A stretch of DNA of 44,683 nucleotides from Thermodesulfobacteriota bacterium. GTDB taxonomy: Bacteria > Desulfobacterota > Syntrophia > Syntrophales > JADFWA01. Numbering within the stretch: the stretch's first letter is position 1; every line of letters starts with the position of its first letter. The notes under the pieces were generated by a model that did no database searches, had not been told where the DNA came from, and saw only the letters and a list, made by a program, of their open reading frames with translations. Where the stretch lies: the NCBI GenBank assembly GCA_034658835.1, contig JAYEGA010000058.1, positions 1 through 44,683 of the forward strand, read 5' to 3'. Position numbers and translations under genes: made by a program. Below are positions 7,748 through 16,240 of this stretch, one piece after another.

Positions 7748-10700
7748 GTGTGGAAGTTGTTAAAAGAGAGCGAAAAAATTGGTGCTGTGATGGTTGTGGG
7801 TTCGGGTATAGCAGGAATCCAGGCTTCCCTTGACCTTGCGAATTCCGGCATAAAGGTATACCTCGTTGAAGATAGCATCAGTATCGGTGGTGTTATGGCC
7901 CAGCTCGACAAGACATTTCCCACCAATGACTGTTCTACCTGTATTCTGTCTCCAAAGCTGGTTGAAGTCGGAAGACACCCGAATGTGGAAATCATGACGA
8001 GGAGGACGGTAGAATCCGTTGAGGGAGAACCCGGACTCTTTAAGGTAAAACTCAAGAAGGCGCCGAGATTCGTTGACATTGATAAATGTACCGGGTGTGG
8101 TGATTGCGCCAATGTTTGTCCTGTATCAGTCCCGTCGGATTTTGATGAGAACCTGGATAACAGGAAGGCTATATACAGGCATTTCCCCCAGGCCATCCCG
8201 AGTGCTTTTGCCATAGACAAACTGGGGACATCTCCATGTAAGGCGGCATGTCCGACCCATATCAGTGTGCAGGGCTATGTGGCCCTGATTGCCGAGGGGA
8301 AGTACAGGGAGGCCCTGGAGCTCATCAAGAGAGACAATCCCTTTCCAGCCGTTTGCGGCAGGGTTTGCCACCATCCCTGTGAGGCGGCCTGTAAGAGGGG
8401 TGAGGTTGAAGAGCCGATCGCCATTATGCATTTGAAGAGATTTGTGGCCGACCTTGATCTGGATGATGAGACAAAGTATGTCCCGGAGGTAAAGGAGAAG
8501 AAGGATAAGAAGGTTGCCATAATCGGTTCCGGTCCTGCCGGACTGAGTGCTGCCTATTATCTTGCCATTGAAGGTTATCAGATTACTGTATTTGAATCCC
8601 TTCCAGTTGCCGGCGGAATGCTGGCAGTGGGTATCCCGGAATACCGCCTCCCGAAAGATATCCTCAACGCAGAAATAAAGATTATTGAAGACCTTGGTGT
8701 TAAAATCAAGGTCAATGCAAAAGTGGGCAAAGATATCACGATGGGTGACCTTAAAGATGGATATGATGCCCTGTTTATTGGTGTAGGCTCCCATGTTAGC
8801 AGCAAGCTTGACGTTTCAGGAGAGGAACTTGAAGGGGTTATTCACGGGATAGACTTTTTGAGAAGGGTGAATCTGGGAGAAAAGGTTTTCCTGGGGGATA
8901 GGGTTGCGGTAATCGGCGGTGGAAATGTTGCGATGGATGCTGTTCGTACGGCGCTCAGAACCGGTTCCAGGGATGCTTTCGTGCTCTACAGGAGATCGCG
9001 TGCCGAGATGCCCGCCTTACCTGAAGAGATTGAAGGAGCAATAGAGGAAGGGATCAAGATCGAATATCTGGTAGCGCCGGTGAAGATACTTGGCACGGAT
9101 GGTAAAGTGACCGGCGTCGAATGTGTCCGTATGAAACTGGGTGAACCTGATGCAGGCGGCCGCAGACGTCCTGTTCCGATAGAGGGATCGGAATTTATAC
9201 TTGAAGCAGATGCGGTTCTTCCCGCGATAGGTCAGACAAGTGATCTGTCATTTATTGCAGAGGAAAGCGAAATTTCTATCAACAGGTGGAATACCTTTGA
9301 AGTTGATCCGGTGACCTTTGCTACCAGCGTGGAGGGTGTTTTTGCGGGTGGTGATGATGTTACGGGTCCCGCCACTGTGGTCGAGGCCATCAACGCCGGG
9401 AAAGAGGCGGCTATTTCTATAGACCGTTATTTTAAAAATGTGGATATTAAGGCGGGCAGGGAGAGAGATTGGACCAAAGGTATTGCTGATGAGGCTGACA
9501 CCAGCGGAATGAAGAAAATTGATCGATACAGACCATCCACCCTCGAACCAGAGAGGAGAATAACCGACTTTGATGAAGTTGTTAAAATTTTAAGTGAGGG
9601 TGATGCTGTCAGAGAGGCAAAAAGGTGTCTTGACTGCGGGATATGTTCTGAATGTTACCGGTGTGTTGATGCCTGTCTGGCTGATGCCATTGACCATGAA
9701 ATGAAGGCAGAGGAGGAAACCATCGAGGTTGGCGCTGTTATTGCTGCCCCTGGATTTGAAGTCTTTGATGCAAAGATTAAAGGAGAATATGGCTTTGGTG
9801 TCTACGACAATGTGGTGACAAGTATACAGTTTGAAAGGATATTATCCGCGTCCGGTCCCTATTTTGGTCACGTTAAAAGAATCTCTGATGGCAAAGAGCC
9901 TGAGAAGATAGCCTTTATTCAGTGTGTAGGTTCAAGAGATACATCCTGCGGGAATAGCTGGTGTTCTTCCGTATGCTGTATGTACGCAACAAAGGAGGCC
10001 ATTATCAGCAAAGAGCATGTCAGGGGGCTTGAACCTGCCATATTCTACATGGATATCCGTGCCTACGGAAAGGATTTTGACCGGTTTGTCGAAAGGGCCA
10101 GGGAGGAGTACGGTATAAGATATATCAGATCTATACCTTCAACAATTAAGGAGATGCAGCAGACAAAAAATCTTCTTATTACATATGTCCTGGAAGATGG
10201 AACGCTTACTGAAGAAGAGTTTGATATGGTGGTTCTTTCTGTCGGTCTAACCCCGCCAAAGGATGCACCGAAACTTGCAGAGACTCTGGGAATAGAGTTA
10301 GATGAACATGGTTTCTGCAGAACCTCTCTAATAAATCCTGTGCAGACCTCCCGTGACGGTGTTTTTGTTTGTGGCGTCTTTGGTGGTCCCAAGGACATCC
10401 CTGAGACTATTATGGAGGCGAGTGGTGCCGTGGCATGTGCGGAAGGTTTGCTGGCTTCCCGGCGGGGGACACTTATTACGGAGGAAGAAATTCCTTTAGA
10501 GATAGATTTGAGAGGTGTTGGTCCGAGGATAGGGGTTTTTGTATGCCGTTGCGGAATCAATATAGGCGGAGTGGTGGATGTGCCTGTAGTAGTTGAATAT
10601 ACTAGGACCCTTCCCAATGTGGTCTACGTTGAGGAGAACCTTTTTACCTGTTCTCAGGATACAGCGGTGAATATGGCTGAAGTAATCAAGAATCACAACC

Positions 10701-12187
10701 TTACCAGAGTTGTGGTGGCATCCTGTTCTCCCCGGACACATGAAAGTCTCTTTCAGGAGAATTGTGAAAAGGCGGGTCTGAACAGGCATCTCTTTGAGAT
10801 GGCTAATATCAGAGATCAGGATTCGTGGGTCCATATGAATGAACCTGAGGCGGCGACGGAGAAGGCGAAGGATCTGGTTCGTATGGCTGTGGCTAAGGCG
10901 GAGTATCTGAACCCTTTGAAGCCTGGGCAGCTCAGTGTAAATAAAACAACATTGATCATCGGAGGTGGACTTGCCGGGATAACGGCTGCCCTCTCTCTTG
11001 CTGATCAGGGTTTTGAATCCTATATCGTGGAGAAGGAAAACGAGCTGGGTGGAAATTATCGGAAGTTGTATTATACTCTGGAAGGCCTTGATACCAGGGA
11101 ACACCTAACTGCCCTGCTGGAGCGTGTTGAAAAGAGTGAATTGGTACATGTTTACGCCGGGGCAAAGATAAAGAATATCGAAGGATTTATAGGTAATTAC
11201 GAGACCACAATTGAAGCTGGAGGAGACGAGCACCGGTTTGAACATGGTGTGGTTATAGTGGCAACAGGGGCATGCGAACTTAAGACAGATGAATATCTCT
11301 ATGGTCAGAATGATAATGTGGTAACTCAGCGGGAGCTTGAAGAACTCATTTATGAAAAGGGCGCAAAGGTTGTCAGAGCAAAAAGCGTAGTCATGATACA
11401 GTGTGTCGGCTCAAGGAATGCCGAGAGACCGTACTGCAGCAGATATTGTTGCAGTGAGGCCATAAAAAATGCCCTGAAGTTAAAAGAGACTGATCCGGAC
11501 AAGGATGTCACTGTACTCTACAGGGATATCAGGACATACGGACTTAAGGAAGAGTATTATAAAAAGGCCCGTGAGGCCAATGTCAAGTTCATCTGCTATG
11601 ATGAAGAGAGGAAGCCTGAAGTAAAGAGCGTTGGCTCTAAAGTTTATGTAACGGTTTTTGATCCGATATTGAATGAATCGGTGGAACTAGAAGCGGATAT
11701 GCTGGTGTTGAGTGTTGGCACGGTTGCCAATCCTGACAATGATGCCATTGGCAAAGCGCTGAAGGTGTCGATAAATCAGGATGGTTTCTTCCTTGAGGCC
11801 CATGTAAAGTTAAGGCCTGTTGATTTTGCAACGGATGGTATTTTCCTGTGCGGGATGGCCCATTCTCCGAAGATGAGTGATGAGACCATCACTCAGGCTA
11901 ATGCTGCCGTATCCAGGGCATGTACTATTCTGACCAAAGACTTTATAGAATCCGAAGGGAAGATTGCCTGTGTAATCAAGGAAAGATGTATGGCCTGCGG
12001 GCTTTGTGAGGTAAACTGTCCCTTTGGCGCTATAGAGGTGGATGAGAAAGAGGGTTATGCTGTGGTGAACACAGTTCTCTGTAAGGGATGTGGTGTGTGT
12101 ACTGCCTCGTGCAGGATGAATGCAGTTGATTTGGAAGGATTTAATAATGAGGAAATTCTGGCACAGATAGCAGCATTGACAGGTTAG
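7748..12187 (+). CDS. Giant HdrA-like flavo-iron-sulfur fusion protein: an HdrA module with an inserted GltD/NfnB-type NAD(P)H module, followed by a second complete HdrA module (HdrL-like)
   Basis: aa 14-70 show the HdrA FAD motifs VVGSGIAGIQASLDLA and FPTNDCSTCIL. CTGCGDCANVCP is at aa 114-125. aa ~160-560 resemble the glutamate-synthase small subunit (CKAACP...NPFPAVCGRVCHHPCEAACKRG, IIGSGPAGLSAA, VIGGGNVAMDA, VFAGGDD). CLDCGICSECYRCVDAC is at aa 627-643. CVGSRD...CSSVCCMYATKEA follows. The second module starts near aa 925 with IGVFVCRCGINIGG, IIGGGLAGITAA and CVGSRN...CSRYCCSEAIKNA. The C-terminus carries CMACGLCEVNCP and CKGCGVCTASC. The frame is continuous, with no internal stop. Confidence 0.85.
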   Translation: MWKLLKESEKIGAVMVVGSGIAGIQASLDLANSGIKVYLVEDSISIGGVMAQLDKTFPTNDCSTCILSPKLVEVGRHPNVEIMTRRTVESVEGEPGLFKVKLKKAPRFVDIDKCTGCGDCANVCPVSVPSDFDENLDNRKAIYRHFPQAIPSAFAIDKLGTSPCKAACPTHISVQGYVALIAEGKYREALELIKRDNPFPAVCGRVCHHPCEAACKRGEVEEPIAIMHLKRFVADLDLDDETKYVPEVKEKKDKKVAIIGSGPAGLSAAYYLAIEGYQITVFESLPVAGGMLAVGIPEYRLPKDILNAEIKIIEDLGVKIKVNAKVGKDITMGDLKDGYDALFIGVGSHVSSKLDVSGEELEGVIHGIDFLRRVNLGEKVFLGDRVAVIGGGNVAMDAVRTALRTGSRDAFVLYRRSRAEMPALPEEIEGAIEEGIKIEYLVAPVKILGTDGKVTGVECVRMKLGEPDAGGRRRPVPIEGSEFILEADAVLPAIGQTSDLSFIAEESEISINRWNTFEVDPVTFATSVEGVFAGGDDVTGPATVVEAINAGKEAAISIDRYFKNVDIKAGRERDWTKGIADEADTSGMKKIDRYRPSTLEPERRITDFDEVVKILSEGDAVREAKRCLDCGICSECYRCVDACLADAIDHEMKAEEETIEVGAVIAAPGFEVFDAKIKGEYGFGVYDNVVTSIQFERILSASGPYFGHVKRISDGKEPEKIAFIQCVGSRDTSCGNSWCSSVCCMYATKEAIISKEHVRGLEPAIFYMDIRAYGKDFDRFVERAREEYGIRYIRSIPSTIKEMQQTKNLLITYVLEDGTLTEEEFDMVVLSVGLTPPKDAPKLAETLGIELDEHGFCRTSLINPVQTSRDGVFVCGVFGGPKDIPETIMEASGAVACAEGLLASRRGTLITEEEIPLEIDLRGVGPRIGVFVCRCGINIGGVVDVPVVVEYTRTLPNVVYVEENLFTCSQDTAVNMAEVIKNHNLTRVVVASCSPRTHESLFQENCEKAGLNRHLFEMANIRDQDSWVHMNEPEAATEKAKDLVRMAVAKAEYLNPLKPGQLSVNKTTLIIGGGLAGITAALSLADQGFESYIVEKENELGGNYRKLYYTLEGLDTREHLTALLERVEKSELVHVYAGAKIKNIEGFIGNYETTIEAGGDEHRFEHGVVIVATGACELKTDEYLYGQNDNVVTQRELEELIYEKGAKVVRAKSVVMIQCVGSRNAERPYCSRYCCSEAIKNALKLKETDPDKDVTVLYRDIRTYGLKEEYYKKAREANVKFICYDEERKPEVKSVGSKVYVTVFDPILNESVELEADMLVLSVGTVANPDNDAIGKALKVSINQDGFFLEAHVKLRPVDFATDGIFLCGMAHSPKMSDETITQANAAVSRACTILTKDFIESEGKIACVIKERCMACGLCEVNCPFGAIEVDEKEGYAVVNTVLCKGCGVCTASCRMNAVDLEGFNNEEILAQIAALTG

Positions 12188-12201
12188 AAAGCTTTGAAAA
12201 T

Positions 12202-12639
12202 ATGGCTGAAAATAGACTAAATAAAGGTTGGGAGCCAAAGATTGTTGCTTTTTGTTGTAACTGGTGTACCTATGCCGGGGCTGACCTGGCAGGTATAAGC
12301 CGGATACAGTATCCACCGAATGTGAGAATAATAAGGGTTCCATGTACGGGCAGGATAGATCCCTTTTATATTGTCAAGGCTCTTCAGGAAGGAGCGGATG
12401 GTGTGCTTGTATCCGGTTGTCACCCCGGGGAGTGCCACTATCTGACAGGGAATTTATCTGCCAGGAGAAAATTTGCCATGTTGAAGAATTTCCTTTCATA
12501 CCTTGGGATAGAACCTGACAGGACTGTATTTACATGGGTTTCTGCGTCTGAGGGGGAGAAATTTGCCCGGGTTGTCAAAGGTGTGACGGATGCTGTTAAG
12601 ACGCTTGGTCCGGCGAATAAACTGGTAAAAAGAATATAA
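12202..12639 (+). CDS. mvhD: MvhD/FlxD-type (methyl-viologen-reducing hydrogenase delta subunit-like) protein
   Basis: IVAFCCNWCTYAGADLAG...RVPCTGR...LVSGCHPGECHY is the characteristic MvhD cysteine pattern. The gene starts 14 nt after the HdrL-like stop. Confidence 0.85.
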   Translation: MAENRLNKGWEPKIVAFCCNWCTYAGADLAGISRIQYPPNVRIIRVPCTGRIDPFYIVKALQEGADGVLVSGCHPGECHYLTGNLSARRKFAMLKNFLSYLGIEPDRTVFTWVSASEGEKFARVVKGVTDAVKTLGPANKLVKRI

Positions 12640-12651
12640 TAACAGTTTACA

Positions 12652-12686
12652 GTGGTTAGTGGTCAGTGGTCAGTGGTTAGTGGTCA
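12652..12686. repeat. Heptanucleotide tandem repeat (GTGGTYA)x5
   Basis: The sequence reads GTGGTTA GTGGTCA GTGGTCA GTGGTTA GTGGTCA. It lies between the mvhD stop (12639) and the first plausible start of the next gene. Confidence 0.9.
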
Positions 12687-13717
12687 GGGAACAGGGGTCA
12701 GAAATATTGGAAAGCATAGAAAAACAACTGCGGGAAGAAGCAAAAAGACTGTTGGTTGAAAAGAGAGTGGATGTCATTGTGGGGTATGAAAAAGGCACTC
12801 TTCCTCTTTGCTCTGTACCATGTTTTATATCAGATTCAGGAGATGCGGAAAGGCTCGTCTGGGATTTCTTCTGTATGCAGAACCTGGCTAAATATGTACA
12901 TGATCTCCTTTTTCAGCATAAGGAATCACAAAGGAATGTTAAACCGGAGGATAAAACAAGAAAGGTTATAGGAGTTGTTGCAAAAGGGTGTACTTCCAGA
13001 TCTCTGGTAATACATCTTCAGGAGAGACAGTATGACAGGGATGAAGTGGTGATTATTGGCGTTCCCTGCGCAGGTTATGTGGCTAAAGAAAAGATGGTCG
13101 AGAGAGTAAGCGGCGAGGAAATACTTGAGGGAAGGGTTGAAGGAGACAGGGTATCAGTCAAGATAGCGAGTGGTGTTAAAGATATTCCGTTGAGGGATGT
13201 TATTGCCGATAATTGTCTTACATGCCGTTTTAATAATCCGGTTATATCAGATATGATGATAGGTGATGAAACCCCGCCGATAGATGCTGATCGGGAATAC
13301 GTTCAGGTCGATGAATTTGAGAAACTGCCGCTTGAAGAGCGCTGGGCCTATTTTGCCGGTGAGATGGGCAAATGCATACGTTGTTATGCCTGCCGTAACG
13401 CCTGTCCGTCCTGTTACTGCAAAGTCTGTTTTGTTGAACAGAGCCGGCCCAACTGGGTCGGAATCGGCGAGGATCAAACAGACACACAGGTGTTTCAAAT
13501 AATGCGTATGTTCCATACAGCCGGACGTTGTGTCGACTGTGGATCATGTGTGGAAGTGTGTCCCATGAACGTTGATTTGAGGAAGTTTCTGAAGAAACTG
13601 GACAAGGATTCTTTTGAGTTGTTTGAACACAGAGCGGGAATTGTGCTTGATGAACCCGCACCTCTTGCCACTTTCAGGGATACCGATAAAGAAGAATTTA
13701 TATTTGATCCGGAATGA
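12659..13717 (+). CDS. Iron-sulfur protein, FlxC/HydB(AsrA)-like, with two [4Fe-4S]-type motifs
   Basis: CIRCYACRNACPSCYC and CVDCGSCVEVCP have the same arrangement as the protein at 15200-16225. The start is uncertain. The track's GTG at 12659 lies inside the heptamer repeat. TTG at 12707, preceded by GGGG, or GTG at 12680 are alternatives. There is no ATG near the 5' end. Confidence 0.6.
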   Translation: MVSGQWLVVREQGSEILESIEKQLREEAKRLLVEKRVDVIVGYEKGTLPLCSVPCFISDSGDAERLVWDFFCMQNLAKYVHDLLFQHKESQRNVKPEDKTRKVIGVVAKGCTSRSLVIHLQERQYDRDEVVIIGVPCAGYVAKEKMVERVSGEEILEGRVEGDRVSVKIASGVKDIPLRDVIADNCLTCRFNNPVISDMMIGDETPPIDADREYVQVDEFEKLPLEERWAYFAGEMGKCIRCYACRNACPSCYCKVCFVEQSRPNWVGIGEDQTDTQVFQIMRMFHTAGRCVDCGSCVEVCPMNVDLRKFLKKLDKDSFELFEHRAGIVLDEPAPLATFRDTDKEEFIFDPE

Positions 13718-13736
13718 AAAAGTTGATGGAGTAAAT

Positions 13737-14261
13737 ATGGAAACATTTCTGGAAGAAGTCAACAGTAGAATAGACGGTGTGCCCATACAGAGATGTTATC
13801 ACTGCCGGAAGTGCACGGCAGGGTGTCCTGTAGCCTTTGCAATGGATTACAATCCAAATACGATCATAAAAATGATTCAGATGGGTAGAAGAGATGAGGT
13901 ACTCAACAGTTCTACTATATGGCTATGTGCTTCCTGCGAAACCTGTGTTACGCGCTGTCCTAATGAGGTTGATATAGCCAGGATGATGGATGTCTTAAGA
14001 GAGATGGCTATAGAATCAGAGGTAAGGATTAAGGAAAAGAATATACTGAAATTTCATGAGGCTTTCCTTTCAAATGTGAAGATGGGTGGGCGTATAAATG
14101 AACCTCTTATGATTGTTAATTATAAGTTAAAATCGGGTGATTACTTTTCTGATATGGCGTTGGGTATAAGTATGTTTATTAAAGGCAAGCTTTTCCTCCT
14201 TTCCCCGAGAACAAAAGACATGAAATCAGTAAAAAAGATATTTGAGGAAACGAAAAGATAA
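13737..14261 (+). CDS. hdrC: Heterodisulfide reductase subunit C-like protein
   Basis: The spacing of CYHCRKCTAGCP and CASCETCVTRCP is typical of HdrC. The ATG at 13737 is preceded by GATGGAG. The track's upstream extension overlaps the previous gene. Confidence 0.8.
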   Translation: METFLEEVNSRIDGVPIQRCYHCRKCTAGCPVAFAMDYNPNTIIKMIQMGRRDEVLNSSTIWLCASCETCVTRCPNEVDIARMMDVLREMAIESEVRIKEKNILKFHEAFLSNVKMGGRINEPLMIVNYKLKSGDYFSDMALGISMFIKGKLFLLSPRTKDMKSVKKIFEETKR

Positions 14262-14287
14262 CTGAAAGTGTATCAAGGAGAATATAG

Positions 14288-15139
14288 TTGAGAGTTTCAT
14301 ATTACCCAGGATGCTCCCTTCACGCTACGGCAACAGAATACAATCAATCTGTTCGAGCTGTAAGCAGGGCCTTGGGGATCGAGCTTAAGGAAGTTGAAGA
14401 TTGGTCCTGTTGCGGTGCCACTTCTGCCCACAGTACCAATTTCAAATTATCGATTGCCCTTCCCACCAGAAATCTCGTCTCTGCAGAAAAGGATGACCTG
14501 GATATGATAATGGTTCCCTGTGCGGCCTGCTTTAACCGTTTTAAAACCGCTCAATATCACCTTGGGAGGGATGAAGAGCTAAGGACTGAGATAGAGGATA
14601 TCGTTGGTGGAGAATATAAGGGGAGCATTGCGGTAAGGAATCCTGTGGATGTTGTTTTCAATGAAATTGGCCTTGATGTTCTGAATGAAAAGGTAACCAG
14701 AAAATTATCAGGCCTTAAACCGGTTTCTTATTATGGATGTCTCTTGCTGAGACCCCCGGAGATCTGTGAATTTGATAACTACGAAAATCCGTATATGTTG
14801 GATGGAATTATGGAGAGCCTTGGCGCTGAATCCCGCCCGTGGTCCTATAAGACGGATTGCTGTGGAGGAAGCCTTACCCTGGGCAAAACTGAAATTGTCG
14901 TTCGCCTGGTGGATAAGTTAATGAGGATGGCGAGAGAAGCGGGCGCCAATTGCCTGGTTACTGCCTGTCCGATCTGCATGGCAAATTTGGATATGAGGGC
15001 CAGCGAGGGCGTGAGACTTCCGGCATTTTACTTTACGGAACTTATTGCCTTAGCGATGGGTTTGGAGGGACCGGAGAAGTGGTTCAAGATGCACAATGTT
15101 GACCCGAGATCTCTTCTTAACTCTCTGGGGTTTATATAG
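14288..15139 (+). CDS. hdrB: Heterodisulfide reductase subunit B-like protein (two CCG domains)
   Basis: YYPGCSL...WSCCGA is followed by YYGCLL...CCGG...ACPICMANL, the duplicated CCG cysteine motif. The TTG start is preceded by AAGGAG. Confidence 0.85.
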   Translation: MRVSYYPGCSLHATATEYNQSVRAVSRALGIELKEVEDWSCCGATSAHSTNFKLSIALPTRNLVSAEKDDLDMIMVPCAACFNRFKTAQYHLGRDEELRTEIEDIVGGEYKGSIAVRNPVDVVFNEIGLDVLNEKVTRKLSGLKPVSYYGCLLLRPPEICEFDNYENPYMLDGIMESLGAESRPWSYKTDCCGGSLTLGKTEIVVRLVDKLMRMAREAGANCLVTACPICMANLDMRASEGVRLPAFYFTELIALAMGLEGPEKWFKMHNVDPRSLLNSLGFI

Positions 15140-15199
15140 TATGGGACAGTTTTGGATGGTTATGCAAAGATTTAAGTATAAGTGGTGAGAAGGAAAGGT

Positions 15200-16225
15200 A
15201 TGGAAAAAAGGCTGATAAATAAGGAAATGCTTTCCGATGCTATAAAGAGAATTGCTGAAGAAATGCCGGTTTATGCACCGGTTAGAGAAGATGGAGACAT
15301 TTTCTTCAGAGTCTTGGAAGAGGGGATGGAACTTTTGACAGACTATTCCAATTCTAAAAATGCTCCCAAAAACATTTTCTTTCCCCATACCGAGGTAATG
15401 ATGAAATATACCAGAACCGACATGGGAATGGAGATTTCAGGGGGCGGGGAGGAAGCAAAAGAGGCGGTGCTCTTCGGTGTTCGTCCCTGTGATGCATTGA
15501 GTTTTGTCCTTCTGGATATGGTTTTTGACCAGAAAGAGTACCGTGATCCTTATTATATTGATAAGAGGAAGAAAACTATCATTATATCGCTTGCCTGCGT
15601 GCATCCCCCCTATACGACCTGTTTCTGTACATCGGTTGGGGGAAGCCCCATATCCTCGGAGGGTGCGGATGTGTTACTGACAGATATTGGGAAGAATTAT
15701 CTTGTTGAGTTTATAACTGACAAAGGAGAGAAACTCCTGGAGAAATTTGGAGACCTTCCCAAAGCCGACAGGGGAGTTGAAACACTTAAGGAAGAGATAT
15801 GTGAAAGAGCAGAAAAAGAGATCAAGTCCCATATACCTGCCCGTGAGATAAAACCGATACTGGATAACAATTTTGAACACCCCTTCTGGGATACAATCCA
15901 CCAAAGGTGTCTTGCCTGTGGAACCTGTACTTATTTATGTCCGACCTGTCATTGTTTCGACATCAGTGATGAGGTCAAGGGTGATGGTGGAAGGCGGATA
16001 AGATCCTGGGATTCCTGTATGTACTGGTTATTTACCCATGAAGCATCCGGTCACAATCCGAGACCGTCGCAGAAGGAGAGGTGGAGGCAGAGGGTGATGC
16101 ACAAGTTTAAGTATTATGTGGACAATTTTCAGGCCATTTCCTGTGTGGGTTGTGGCAGGTGTGTGAGGTATTGCCCGGTTAACATAGATATTAGAAAGAT
16201 AGTTGAAGATGTATCTAAGCTATAG
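15200..16225 (+). CDS. Iron-sulfur protein, FlxB / sulfhydrogenase-beta (HydB) / AsrA-like
   Basis: CLACGTCTYLCPTCHCFD and CVGCGRCVRYCP match the hallmark pattern of the HydB/AsrA family. I prefer the ATG at 15200. Confidence 0.7.
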   Translation: MEKRLINKEMLSDAIKRIAEEMPVYAPVREDGDIFFRVLEEGMELLTDYSNSKNAPKNIFFPHTEVMMKYTRTDMGMEISGGGEEAKEAVLFGVRPCDALSFVLLDMVFDQKEYRDPYYIDKRKKTIIISLACVHPPYTTCFCTSVGGSPISSEGADVLLTDIGKNYLVEFITDKGEKLLEKFGDLPKADRGVETLKEEICERAEKEIKSHIPAREIKPILDNNFEHPFWDTIHQRCLACGTCTYLCPTCHCFDISDEVKGDGGRRIRSWDSCMYWLFTHEASGHNPRPSQKERWRQRVMHKFKYYVDNFQAISCVGCGRCVRYCPVNIDIRKIVEDVSKL

Positions 16226-16240
16226 ATTGTGGAGATAGTA

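Noticed and set aside
8126-11165. Several long antisense ORFs inside the HdrL-like gene (for example 8126-8794, 10063-10617 and 10496-11104).
   Set aside because: They lie opposite a gene with strong family motifs throughout, have low-complexity or atypical composition, and have no SD. They are shadow ORFs. The same applies to antisense ORFs within sdhA, sucC, mcm, the carboxyltransferases, the PglF-like gene and others.
7748-12187. Selenocysteine (in-frame TGA) in the HdrL-like protein, as I recall being reported for some large HdrA paralogs.
   Set aside because: The 1479-codon frame is continuous with no internal stop. The Cys motifs are all encoded as Cys.
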